Positions 29,250-39,500 of a stretch of 64,000 nt of DNA are shown piece by piece. The notes under the pieces were generated by a model. The model was given only the letters and a program-made list of their open reading frames with translations, did no database searches and was not told the origin of the DNA. Each line of letters opens with the position of its first letter. Position 1 is the first letter of the stretch. The stretch is from assembly GCA_000002435.2 (NCBI GenBank), contig CM018793.1. The stretch is one strand, 5' to 3'. Both the position numbers and the translations under genes were made by a program. Origin of the DNA: Giardia intestinalis. Its lineage: Eukaryota.

Positions 29250-32051
29250 ATGGCAGGCAGAATCAGATCATATCTTCATATTTTCTCTCCCCAACAACAC
29301 CATTTCCCTTTGATAGACCCTGGCGCAAGACAGCTTCCTATGGCCTTGGAAATCCCAGAATATATTTGTCCATTGCATATTTGTGATAATAATCCCACTC
29401 TTCAATCGCTACACCAATCCGAGCCATGTATTTCACTGGCGTCTGAAGCGGGTGGGACTTATTTATTCGACGGAATCATTACAGACCAGACCGTTTACAG
29501 AGCAATGAATAGCGTCTACCTTTATGAACAAGTCGTTCCACCCAATCCCCTGGAGAAACTAGACACTATTGCGTGTGATATTGCAGCCGGCGCTAATGCA
29601 GGAGTGTCTCAATTGGTCGTATCGGCCGGACCGGTTGGTTCTGGCCATGGAACAATAGCATTCAGCTGTCTTCAATCTTCAGTCGCTGCAGATAGAGGTT
29701 CTGCTTCCAGGATATCCGCAGATCAGAGGTGTGGGACCTGCTCGACTTGCGAGTATCAGGGGTCCTACCAGTCTGCAGATCTCAACCAGTTAATAACCAG
29801 TTGTGTAGATGATGCCTTGAAGCAGGTGGGTTCGTCACAACATCATCGCCTACAGACTATGACCCCTGCAAAAGAGCCAATCAGGCGTGAATCCTCACCT
29901 ACTCCTCAGGGGCTCCTTTGGCGAATACTTAAGCACCTCACCTTTGCTAGCAACAAGAATGACACAGAGTGGCCTAAACTGGCTTGTTTCACTCTCGATA
30001 GCGGGCAACAGGTTATGGATCTTCTCGACTATCCCGGAATTACCGAGGCTTATGGGATGGGAGACCATCTCGATATGCAGTCTATAGACTATGTGGATTG
30101 TCCAGACAAATCAGTAGAATATCAGATGTATACTGAAAAGTTTGGTGATAGAGCTCAGACCTTCGAAGGAACAGCATATGGAAATGTCCATGACGCAGCT
30201 TCAGCCTTCTTAGCGAGTGGAATTGTACAGCCAGGCGCTAAGGACCTTACTCTACCATTCCGCAAAGCCATGTCCATGTCGCAGCACTTCAATCCCTTAA
30301 AATCAAGCGTAATAAGCAATTCTAATACATTTACGACAAGTGGCACTGTGCTAGAAAAACGCACTAATGCATCTGGTACACTTCACATCCAATCGCTATA
30401 CCCAGACGATCCTCAAGACCAATCTGGAAGTAAAACAACCAGATCTCATGTGAGCGAGCTATCGGTTGAGGCTAGAACTTATTTAGGAGCCACTAGCCAA
30501 TCAGCAATAAGAAAAATGAGGCTTATCTCTACCATATCTACTAAGACACTTATCAAGGCTCTGTCAAAGCCATCACTTGTTACACTCAAAACACATAATG
30601 GGCTAATAACACCAGAGTGTATGGGTAAGTCTGGCTTAAGGATACTCAATCTTAACCCGTCATCTCTCTCATTGCTAAAGCGATCTCTCTCTGATCGTAG
30701 ACGACCAATTTGCACATGGGACGAGCTCATGAGTGTTTCAGATGGCACTGCACAGCGTAGAGGAAGCGAGTTGGAACTTCCGTGTTTACTGAATATCCGG
30801 AAGCAAACGGGGTTGCCAAATTATGTTCTTGCTATGGATTCTTGTGGGCCCACAGTAGTGGTCATATACCTTGGTCCTTCACAGGCTTATTCATGCATTA
30901 TCTTCGTTGACATCTGCACATGCACAACTCAGACACCACTCCAGCAGTTCTCTCTTAAGCCACAATTTAAAACTAGCCTTGAGTCTTTAGCAGCTCTAAA
31001 GTCGCTTGTTGATAACCTATCTACTGAAAAACGTGCATCGCAACCGGCAAAAGCATACATGCTTACGCGTTTGATACTAGGTCATGTTCCCAACCTATCA
31101 CTGTCTTCCAAAGAAGCGAAGCGATCAGTTCAGCATGTACCTACCACGCATCGATTTACATACTTGCAGGATATTTGCAAGTCTACGCAGAAGGCATCTG
31201 GTCAGTGTATGTATAGAGAGGCTGATACTGCCTTGGAATCAATAAGTATTTCAGATTCAAATCTGAATGTTGCTGAAGAGCACGATACACTCTCAGATGT
31301 CTTAGATAATGATCATATCCACGAAAGCGCTCTTCAACAGATTTCTGACTCTGTAAGTACAGATCTTCCCGGAATTAACTATGCCCCGCGTGATATAACA
31401 TTTATACACAGCGTGCAGATATGCGAGACGGATGCCAAGAACACACTACAGCAGCTGCGCTTAGCCTCTTCTCTGGACAAAAAAGTGGAGATGGGATTCT
31501 ATTGGTCTACTCAGCTTTACAATGACGCTATGTGCTTAGCTCGCATAGATCTTCTGCAAAAGGAAGGAGATGATAACCTGTCCAGCATGCCTGTAAGTCA
31601 TATAAGTGACCAATATGATTCACAATCTGTTGCAGACTGCAAAGAGAACCCTTATGCATCCCATGGCTCCCAAGTGAGTCGCAGCTGCACTGTTGTCAAT
31701 CTGGTACGACCGGATCAAGGCGATACGCTCGATAGCAATCTAGTTTCAGCTTATGATAAACTGCAAACTAACAAGGAGGATAATTGTGGCGAGTCAACGG
31801 TCATGAATTCTGGTCTTCCAACAAGGAAAGAGGAATCTCAATATAAGAGCTTTTCTTCACCAAGCAAAACTGAAGAAACAAAGGATTTCTTACCTAATAG
31901 ACATCTACCAATCCTGCAATCTCCTAGCGCTCCAGACTCTTCCCAATCTCAAGTCGTCACCACACTATTGCTGCGACTGCACAAATATATAGACAGAGCA
32001 CAGGCAATGAGGGACGAGATTGATGCCAAAATAACTGCGGGGCTGATATAA
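29250..32051 (+). CDS. Hypothetical protein (about 933 aa), function unknown
   Basis: The track start at 29241 is a TTG. The first ATG is at 29250 (MAGRIRSYLH...). A long continuous ORF with a Ser/Thr-rich composition. Confidence 0.5.
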   Translation: MAGRIRSYLHIFSPQQHHFPLIDPGARQLPMALEIPEYICPLHICDNNPTLQSLHQSEPCISLASEAGGTYLFDGIITDQTVYRAMNSVYLYEQVVPPNPLEKLDTIACDIAAGANAGVSQLVVSAGPVGSGHGTIAFSCLQSSVAADRGSASRISADQRCGTCSTCEYQGSYQSADLNQLITSCVDDALKQVGSSQHHRLQTMTPAKEPIRRESSPTPQGLLWRILKHLTFASNKNDTEWPKLACFTLDSGQQVMDLLDYPGITEAYGMGDHLDMQSIDYVDCPDKSVEYQMYTEKFGDRAQTFEGTAYGNVHDAASAFLASGIVQPGAKDLTLPFRKAMSMSQHFNPLKSSVISNSNTFTTSGTVLEKRTNASGTLHIQSLYPDDPQDQSGSKTTRSHVSELSVEARTYLGATSQSAIRKMRLISTISTKTLIKALSKPSLVTLKTHNGLITPECMGKSGLRILNLNPSSLSLLKRSLSDRRRPICTWDELMSVSDGTAQRRGSELELPCLLNIRKQTGLPNYVLAMDSCGPTVVVIYLGPSQAYSCIIFVDICTCTTQTPLQQFSLKPQFKTSLESLAALKSLVDNLSTEKRASQPAKAYMLTRLILGHVPNLSLSSKEAKRSVQHVPTTHRFTYLQDICKSTQKASGQCMYREADTALESISISDSNLNVAEEHDTLSDVLDNDHIHESALQQISDSVSTDLPGINYAPRDITFIHSVQICETDAKNTLQQLRLASSLDKKVEMGFYWSTQLYNDAMCLARIDLLQKEGDDNLSSMPVSHISDQYDSQSVADCKENPYASHGSQVSRSCTVVNLVRPDQGDTLDSNLVSAYDKLQTNKEDNCGESTVMNSGLPTRKEESQYKSFSSPSKTEETKDFLPNRHLPILQSPSAPDSSQSQVVTTLLLRLHKYIDRAQAMRDEIDAKITAGLI

Positions 32052-32068
32052 AAAATAGAGACCACGGC

Positions 32069-32971
32069 ATGGCACGGAATTTTTCGTGTATTTATACTAT
32101 CCAGCATACTTTGGCAGACGTTCCGTTTGGGGTGCTCCATCGGATACGCCGTAATTTCGATGATAAACTGTTTTGTGCCCGAGAATTGGAGTACGCTGAC
32201 ACCTGCACCAGTCACCATAAGCTACTAAAACTAGATATAGACCTGCTCCAGAAGTTCAAGCACAACCGGATAGTGCGCGTTCTGGAGGTAATTCACGAAG
32301 AAGACGCGGGGGTATACTATGTCATCCAGGAGGATGCTACTGATAAGTATCTGTTGGAGATGCTGCAAGCGGCAAGGGCTGGCCATCCACCCGCCGAGGA
32401 GATGATCTGGGGGTATATAGCTCAACTGGCTGAGGTTCTGTCAGTCATGCACAATACATCATACCAGGTCGATGAGGAGGGCAGTGTTCCTGTGGTACTA
32501 GTACATGGAAACCTAGCTACAGACATTGTGCATACAGATCCGGGAGACCTGCACATTATCAAGCTCCAGACGCTTGGTGTAGGGCGAGAGGTTGCATTGG
32601 GATGGAATCTTGTAGATACGCGGGGATCGAAGAGCTACATTGCCCCAGAGATTCATAAGCAGGTTATGGATTGTTTTGCTTCGTCTAAACCAGTATATCC
32701 TCTTCTGACACCGGAGTGTGATATGTGGTCTCTCGGAGCCTTGGTTTACGAGCTATGCACAGGGACTCCATTGATAAAGCAGAAGACAAAGGATTACCCA
32801 GCAGTTCTGGAGGCAATTCAGCGCCCCATTACGCTTCCGAAATATGGGGAAGAGCTGGCACATTTAGTCAACAGCCTCCTGGACCCCAACCCCACTAGAC
32901 GGCCATCGGCATCTCAAGTCCTGGCACTCCCGTTGGTCCAGGAGATGCTACGTAAGCTTTCCACCAAGTGA
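32069..32971 (+). CDS. NEK-like protein kinase homolog, predicted catalytically dead (pseudokinase), 300 aa
   Basis: Kinase-fold landmarks are present: YIAPEI (APE motif), DMWSLGALVYELCTG, and ...HGNLATDIV at the catalytic-loop position. HRD is replaced by HGN and DFG by TLG. There is no GxGxxG loop and no VAIK lysine. True ATG at 32069, only 17 bp after the upstream gene's stop. Confidence 0.65.
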   Translation: MARNFSCIYTIQHTLADVPFGVLHRIRRNFDDKLFCARELEYADTCTSHHKLLKLDIDLLQKFKHNRIVRVLEVIHEEDAGVYYVIQEDATDKYLLEMLQAARAGHPPAEEMIWGYIAQLAEVLSVMHNTSYQVDEEGSVPVVLVHGNLATDIVHTDPGDLHIIKLQTLGVGREVALGWNLVDTRGSKSYIAPEIHKQVMDCFASSKPVYPLLTPECDMWSLGALVYELCTGTPLIKQKTKDYPAVLEAIQRPITLPKYGEELAHLVNSLLDPNPTRRPSASQVLALPLVQEMLRKLSTK

Positions 32972-33009
32972 ATTGCCAAGTTCCACTTGTTCTCATTTAC
33001 ACGCGTTCT

Positions 33010-33522
33010 CTAGCACATTGGCAGTACCAACTCGGGCCTTGTTTCTGCAAGCAAAACCTTGAATTCGTCGTAGTCCAGTTCCTCCGGAATGACTATCTTC
33101 TTGGTTTGAACGGTTAAAGAGGCAGAGAGCCTTCTTTCTATCTGCGCCCTAATAATAGAGTCAAGGTTGATCTGCATATCAAATTTGGCAACCACTTCCT
33201 TGAGCGAGGCTAGAGGAATCTTACCCGATTTATCATATGCACCGCCTAATGCCTGCCAAGCGCTGAGAACATCTTGGTCGTCATCTGACCCAGAGCCCCG
33301 CGTTTTCTGATGCTGTATGATTCGCAAGAGCTCCTGAAAAGAAAGAAGACCGTCAGAGTTAACATCTGCGTCGGCTATCATGGTAAAAAGCTCCTCGTCA
33401 GTAGGTTCGAGTCCAATGGCTTGAAGAATTTCTCTTATGCGCCACATATCAACCGTCCCTGTGTTGGAGGTGTCAAATGTTTCAAAAACTTCTCGACATC
33501 TGTTGATCTCGTTAGGATTCAT
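33010..33522 (-). CDS. EF-hand calcium-binding protein (calmodulin/centrin-like), 170 aa
   Basis: EF-hand loops FDTSNTGTVDMWRI and ADVNSDGLLSFQEL. True ATG at 33520-33522. Confidence 0.6.
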   Translation of the reverse strand: MNPNEINRCREVFETFDTSNTGTVDMWRIREILQAIGLEPTDEELFTMIADADVNSDGLLSFQELLRIIQHQKTRGSGSDDDQDVLSAWQALGGAYDKSGKIPLASLKEVVAKFDMQINLDSIIRAQIERRLSASLTVQTKKIVIPEELDYDEFKVLLAETRPELVLPMC

Positions 33523-33595
33523 TGAGCAGAAACAGTCTAGGGCTCAGAATCTGAGAACTCAATTAAAATGTGACGCCAAGAGAAATTAAAAATGG

Positions 33596-35020
33596 ATGCA
33601 GGCCAGTGCCGCCGTTCTCTTTACCCGCGACGGCTACATTCTTCAGGTTGCAGTCAGCCCACAGCTAGAGCCTACTTTGCCCGCGGATGAGTTTATTTCC
33701 ATAGCACGCTTTGCTTCATTTCTTCTTATTTCAGGAGAGTCTCGCGTGACAAATGCAAGGATTCGCAAGTACTATGCCATTGTATCATCTATAGGCCACG
33801 TAGGATGTGTGCTATTATACATATCTCCACTAGCAACAGATGCCGTCCAGTATGCCTTGGTCCAATCGGTATTCCTTTTGTCAATGGTTCATCACTACTC
33901 TGGCCCTACCATCATCAGTATATCTGAGTACATTGAGTACTTCAATTCTCAGTATGAGCAGAAGATGACTGCGTCTCAACCTTCTGAGGCACTCGGCTCT
34001 GAGAGCGTTTTGAGTCTGAGTACCGCATCAACTATTCAACCATTGTCTTCTCCTGTGAGAAGATTTTACACTTGTCAGCCCATCTATCCCAAGATACGGA
34101 AACATTTCAGGCACGAAACTTTGGATTACTTTACTCGTTTAGCCTTCCTTACCTGCCTAACCCCGCCTCGCTCGGCCAGGAATTTGTTGTGTCAAAGAAA
34201 TGTCCATGACAAAGAACTTTTTATTCTTAACTTATCGTCTTGTCTTGGTCTTGTTTACGTGGTGTTGCCATATTCGGCGTCCCGGAGTGGGTGTATTCTG
34301 AGGCTTGTAGGTGAGAGACTGAAGTGGACTCTCCAACAGAATCCAGGACTCAGCGCGGAGATAGGTTATTTGTGCTGTCTTTCTAGTCAGGTCAGCTGGT
34401 GTTATCAGGACAACCCTACTGATGAAGCTGGTCTTGTGCCTTCCACAGCCTACTTGTGCAACTCTTATCAGCTGGTCACCCAGCCCTGTCGGTTTGTAGG
34501 GCCATCATTATTGGATAATGACGAGTCGACCGATAACCAGCCGCCATGCTCATTTTATCTTTGCTTGGCTGCACTTTTGACGCGAGAGTCACTAAAGGAT
34601 GTGGAGATTTTAGAATACGTTACAGCAACATCGGCCAGACTTCAACTCACACCTTTTGAAACGCATAAGCAGTTATTTCAACTTGCTATTATGTTGTGCC
34701 ATCCGTTCCACGACGAGGCCCGAGCGATCAAAGAGAGGCCAGAACGAGTGCCTACAGCTTCCGCAGTCACAGTCATTCCTACGCAGCCCCCACTCTTTGC
34801 GAAGAAGGCCGTCTCTGGGACCATTGCGCTAGGATCGACAATACCTCATGGAGCGAATAAGAAATCAAGCTCGGAGTTGACTGTGAATAGCAAAGGAAGC
34901 AGGGTCAGCATCGTAGGCATCAGTGACTCATCCAACAGCACCGGTTCAAACATACGATTTACTACAGATGACGAGAAGGTCACGGCGGCCAAGCCTCTTA
35001 AAGTTCCTCGACACCGCTAG
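33596..35020 (+). CDS. Hypothetical protein (474 aa)
   Basis: True ATG at 33596 after agaaattaaaaatgg. A continuous ORF. Its 3' end overlaps the convergent GTPase gene by 23 bp. Confidence 0.45.
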   Translation: MQASAAVLFTRDGYILQVAVSPQLEPTLPADEFISIARFASFLLISGESRVTNARIRKYYAIVSSIGHVGCVLLYISPLATDAVQYALVQSVFLLSMVHHYSGPTIISISEYIEYFNSQYEQKMTASQPSEALGSESVLSLSTASTIQPLSSPVRRFYTCQPIYPKIRKHFRHETLDYFTRLAFLTCLTPPRSARNLLCQRNVHDKELFILNLSSCLGLVYVVLPYSASRSGCILRLVGERLKWTLQQNPGLSAEIGYLCCLSSQVSWCYQDNPTDEAGLVPSTAYLCNSYQLVTQPCRFVGPSLLDNDESTDNQPPCSFYLCLAALLTRESLKDVEILEYVTATSARLQLTPFETHKQLFQLAIMLCHPFHDEARAIKERPERVPTASAVTVIPTQPPLFAKKAVSGTIALGSTIPHGANKKSSSELTVNSKGSRVSIVGISDSSNSTGSNIRFTTDDEKVTAAKPLKVPRHR

Positions 35021-36521
35021 TATCTTCCTCATATTCAGTATCGCTCTCGCTCTCGTCGCGCGCTTCTTCAGCATTTACATATATTGCTGGACAGATGCTT
35101 GGTAAGTTTTCCAAAACACTATTGAGATTTTTGTCGAGGTCCTGTGATGGATAAACCGTGTATGCAATGGATCCATTAACAATTAATTTAAATAGCTCCA
35201 TTCCTGCTCTGTTTATGTTGGGGGTTAAGCCTTTAGAAAAGTAGCTCCACATATATGCATAGAGCTCTAGAATCTCTCCAGGAGAGTCAGGCTTCTTCTG
35301 ATTCAGTTCAGGGTACCGTGTATACAGTGAATCTAAGTTTAGTCGCTCAACAATGTCCTCCTTGAATCCCGGGACACACTCAACAAGCAGTCGCAGAGGG
35401 GTGAGAAACTCCCTCGTTCGCGCTAGCGGGAAGACACCAGTTATGACCTGCAGAGGCCTAGGAGACCCCTTAACTGCAAACACAAGTCCAGGGCAATCAC
35501 AGAGCACAAATGAACGATCTGTCTCTCCCTCCACCACACCGCTGAGGGGCAAATAATGCGTCTGGAGATGCTTTGTATGACCAGGGGTAAGCTTTACGCT
35601 CACAACTTTCTTCCCATAAATCCCGTTGATGAGGCTGCTCTTTCCAACGGATGGCTGGCCAAAGAAGCCAATGGTGATCCTCTTTGGAGTGGAGATACCC
35701 GAAAGAGCTCTAGATGCGGAAACAAAGGCCTCCATGAAGTGCTTATGCTCTTCCTTGTTTTCTTTCAGAAGCATAGAGTTGCAAGTCATGATAGCAAATT
35801 GCTTTTGTCCGTTAACCTCTTCCAGAACAGCCCCTACATATTTGTTCAGAAATGCAACCCAAGCATCAACGCTGTCTTTTTCCGCTAGGTCTATTTTGTT
35901 TAGGACAATGATGACTGGACGAACACAGATTTTAGCATAGCGAAGTATGCTGACAGGAAGATGGGCAAGCGGGAACCGAGCATCGACGACGATGCACATC
36001 AAATTTGAGCGTTCAGTAACACGCCAGACCTGTCTATAGACGTTTTCGTTACACTCAAATACGCAATACTCCGTGGCTATAACATCCAAATCAGGGGAAA
36101 TACCCTTGAAAAAGGCCTCAAACACTGCGGTTTCTGCTTGCAGTAACTCATCCTTTGACATTTTTAACACGCCTTCGGGTCTTCTTGGTATGTCTGCACA
36201 GCAGGAAGGAAGAAGATAAACGTGCTGATCCAGAGAAAAGGAGTCGCCTGTGGTATTGAAGGGAACATAAGCAGCTTCCTTGTTCTTCTGAACAACTGCA
36301 TCAGAGTCGTTAATGAACCGGAGAAAGAAGTGTGAGGGGTCCTGCTTTGCCTTTGTTGAGGGGAGCTTCTTTTGTTCCCTAGAAGTAGCGTCATGCTCTT
36401 TTGCTATATTCGCTTGTCGTTTCTCCTTAAGTTGCTCCTTTTTCTGTTTGTGAGAAAAGGGCTTACGTCTAGCAGGCATAAATCTATTTTTAATCTTGAT
36501 TTTTTGTGCACGCTTACTCAT
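34998..36521 (-). CDS. Large-subunit GTPase 1 (LSG1)-like circularly permuted GTPase (YlqF/YawG family), ribosome-biogenesis type, 507 aa
   Basis: The G4 motif (VLNKIDL) precedes the G1 motif (GFFGQPSVGKSSLIN). VYRQVWRVTERSNLMCIVVDARFPLAHLP... matches yeast Lsg1 VWKQLWRVVERSDLVVQIVDARNPLLF. The N-terminus is Lys-rich. True ATG at 36519-36521. Confidence 0.75.
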   Translation of the reverse strand: MSKRAQKIKIKNRFMPARRKPFSHKQKKEQLKEKRQANIAKEHDATSREQKKLPSTKAKQDPSHFFLRFINDSDAVVQKNKEAAYVPFNTTGDSFSLDQHVYLLPSCCADIPRRPEGVLKMSKDELLQAETAVFEAFFKGISPDLDVIATEYCVFECNENVYRQVWRVTERSNLMCIVVDARFPLAHLPVSILRYAKICVRPVIIVLNKIDLAEKDSVDAWVAFLNKYVGAVLEEVNGQKQFAIMTCNSMLLKENKEEHKHFMEAFVSASRALSGISTPKRITIGFFGQPSVGKSSLINGIYGKKVVSVKLTPGHTKHLQTHYLPLSGVVEGETDRSFVLCDCPGLVFAVKGSPRPLQVITGVFPLARTREFLTPLRLLVECVPGFKEDIVERLNLDSLYTRYPELNQKKPDSPGEILELYAYMWSYFSKGLTPNINRAGMELFKLIVNGSIAYTVYPSQDLDKNLNSVLENLPSICPAIYVNAEEARDESESDTEYEEDTSGVEEL

Positions 36522-36561
36522 CCTTTAATAAAGCTTCAGACAGCAGCCAAAAGCTCCAATG

Positions 36562-39500
36562 CTAACTTCTAAAGATCTCACCCGGAGAATCTAAGTCAAG
36601 GAAGGTCTCCAGACAAGTTCGTGCATGTCGCTCGTGACTGATAAGGGGATTATCAAGGTCGTCAATAATGGTACGACAGAATACGTCTATAAGCAATGCA
36701 AAGTAGCCCTGCTTGCGAATAAACTCACTGTCCAGTGATCGCTTGACCACAGCAGGAAGCCAGGTGACAAATCGGTACATGACTTTTGGAGTTAGATGGG
36801 CTTTAGATGCGTATAGCTCGCTAAGGTTTTTAATAAAGCTGCTTCCAATCTCTATAGCATGATCATACGCGCTGCGACCTTTGTTATCTGTGAGAGTGAG
36901 TTCCTCTGCGAGGTAGGGAAATGCAAATGCATTCTCGTGTCTGACTGCGTAGATGAGGGCTGTGAGGCCCTGGTTGTCTTTCGCTGTAACCTCCGCGCCT
37001 GACAAAAAGTTTATGCACGGTCTCATGGTGTTAGCTGGAAGGGTCCCAACGGATGCTGCATGCATAAGCGCAGTCTGGCCCTTGAGGTCTACCATGTGCG
37101 CTTCATGCGGAAGAAGACAGCTAAGTCCCACGATATTACCGTTCATAGCCGCGTACATTAACGCGGTATAGCCTTCTCGTGTGGCTTGCCTTGCCTGCAG
37201 AGGTAAAAGAATTCTTACTATGTCATTGTGCCAATTCTTTGCGGCGATCATCATGCAGCTCATATTGTCTTCAGTTTTACGGAGCTTTGCTTCCTGTCCC
37301 ATGAGTATCTTCACTATCTCTGTGTGACCTAACATGCTAGCGGTCCAGAGAGCAGTGGTTCCGTCTCGCCTCGTCATCTGCGCCTCTGCAGCCAATAATA
37401 AACGCGTCGCCTCGCGATTGTCGTACTGTGCGGCAAACATTAGAGCTGTTTCACCAGTTGTAGTGGTCATTTTTCCTTCACGACTGATCAGTAGGGGTAT
37501 TGCAAAATTAAGTCCGCGCTCTACGGCCATCATAAGTGCCGTCTTACGGTGACTATCTGCGCGACCAGCTTGCACAGGTGCGAGTATTTTTACTGCGGCT
37601 TCACAGCCTGCACAGATAGCAGCCATTAGTGGTGTCGTTCCATCATCTAAGCAGCAGTCGCCTTCATACTTTAGTAGCTCCTTAAGTACTTCGTTTCCTT
37701 CTCTGCGTGCGCATATGATTATGGCGGTTTCTCCAGTTTTTGTCCTAGCCCGAAGTTCTTTGAATCCAACCCTGGCATACTCTTCTGGTCTTTGATAGAC
37801 AACGCCCCTGGCGTGCTTTTCATAGTCCATGTGTATGATCTGCTTAGCAATGCTCATGTGTCCACACTCAATGGCATACATTAAAGCTGTCTTTCCAGAA
37901 TTTTCTGCTATGCCTACCTCTCGAGATAGCAACAGATCCACAACCTTCAAGCTGTTCGCTTGTAGTGCCAAGATGAGGGCAGTGCAGCCAGAGTAGTCTT
38001 GCTGACCTATTTCATTCGTAATCAATATCACTACCGACTCGACTGCGTTTGACTCTGCAGCCATCATCAGAGCCGTCCGGCCCATGTCATCCATTCGTCT
38101 AGACTGACCTTTAAACAACATCTGTACGATCTCCTTGTGATTAAGTTTAGAGGCAATCATAAGAGCAGATGTACCCGCTAATGTATTCATATTTATTTCT
38201 AATTCCATCAATCGTTGGACAATATCTGTGTATCCTTTTTCTGCTGCAATATGCATTGCAGTCAATCCGTCTTTGCGTTGCGTACCACCCTCTCTCTCTA
38301 AAAGCAAGTCGGCTGCATCTGGGTGACCATACATTAGTGCATACATCAGTGCCGTAGTACCATCAACATCCACCATTCGCGATTCATAATCCAGGAGTTC
38401 TTTAATCAGCTTAAGATTTCCCAGTCGTGCCGCCTCCATGAGAGCAGTTAGCCCGGTAAGATCTGTTTTCTTCCGCTCGCTAGGTAGCAAGGTAAAAGCA
38501 CAGCTTATGGCATTCTTAGCAATGGCCTTCATTAGAGCTGTCTTTCCTTCCTTGTCCTGTCTGCCTAACTCAGACTTTAGGGCCCCGCATAGTGTGTCGA
38601 AACCAGCTTCTGCCGCATACATAAGGGCTGTGCATCCATTTATATCTGCACGTCCAGCCTCCTTGTCAACAAGTAGCAGTGCTGCGCTTTGGTGACCCGC
38701 AAGAATCGCCTTAATAAGAGCTGTTCTCCCGTCCTTATCTACACATGAAGATTCTACAGACAAAAGAGAAGGAATTATCTTCTCGTGATTTCGTTCTGCA
38801 GCCCTCATAAGTGCTGTGCAGCCATCACGATCCTGAATGCGCAGTTCGCTTTTTAAAGCGTCAACACTTCCCTTGTCATTAGTTTCTGCAGCTCGCATTA
38901 GTGCTGTTCGACCTTTCTTGTCTCGAATCATTGCCTCCTCCATCAATGCAAACGCAGCACGTGTATGCCCATTTTGTGTAGCATACATCAGTGCTGTCTG
39001 AGATTCAGCATCCTTCATCAGCTTCTCCCTTGGAAAGAGAAGCTTCACTGCCTCCGTATTTCCAGAGCGAGCTGCATACATTAACGCAGTCATGCCGTTC
39101 TTATCCTGGATACCTGCCTCCTTGTCTATGAGCGCGCGAACTGCAGAAATATCTCCATTGTCACTGGATATCATCAAAGCTGTGACACCATCTATATTTT
39201 GCAACCCTGCCTGCATAAGGACCAATTTTAGAACTATTTCCGTATGTTTGTGCATGGCCGCTATATGCATTGCGCTATTTTGCTTAATGTCTGTATATTC
39301 AATCTGGTAAGGATAAAGAAGATCTACTATATTAGAGTATCCCTTTTCTGCAGCAATTAGTATGGAAACAAAATTGTTCTTGTCCTGATTTGCAACTTCG
39401 CCCTCATGGTCGCCGTGTGCGATAAGATATTCAACTAGCTTATAATTTCCTTTCTCTGCTGCAAAGTATGTGGCTGTGGCACCCTTTTTATTACACATTT

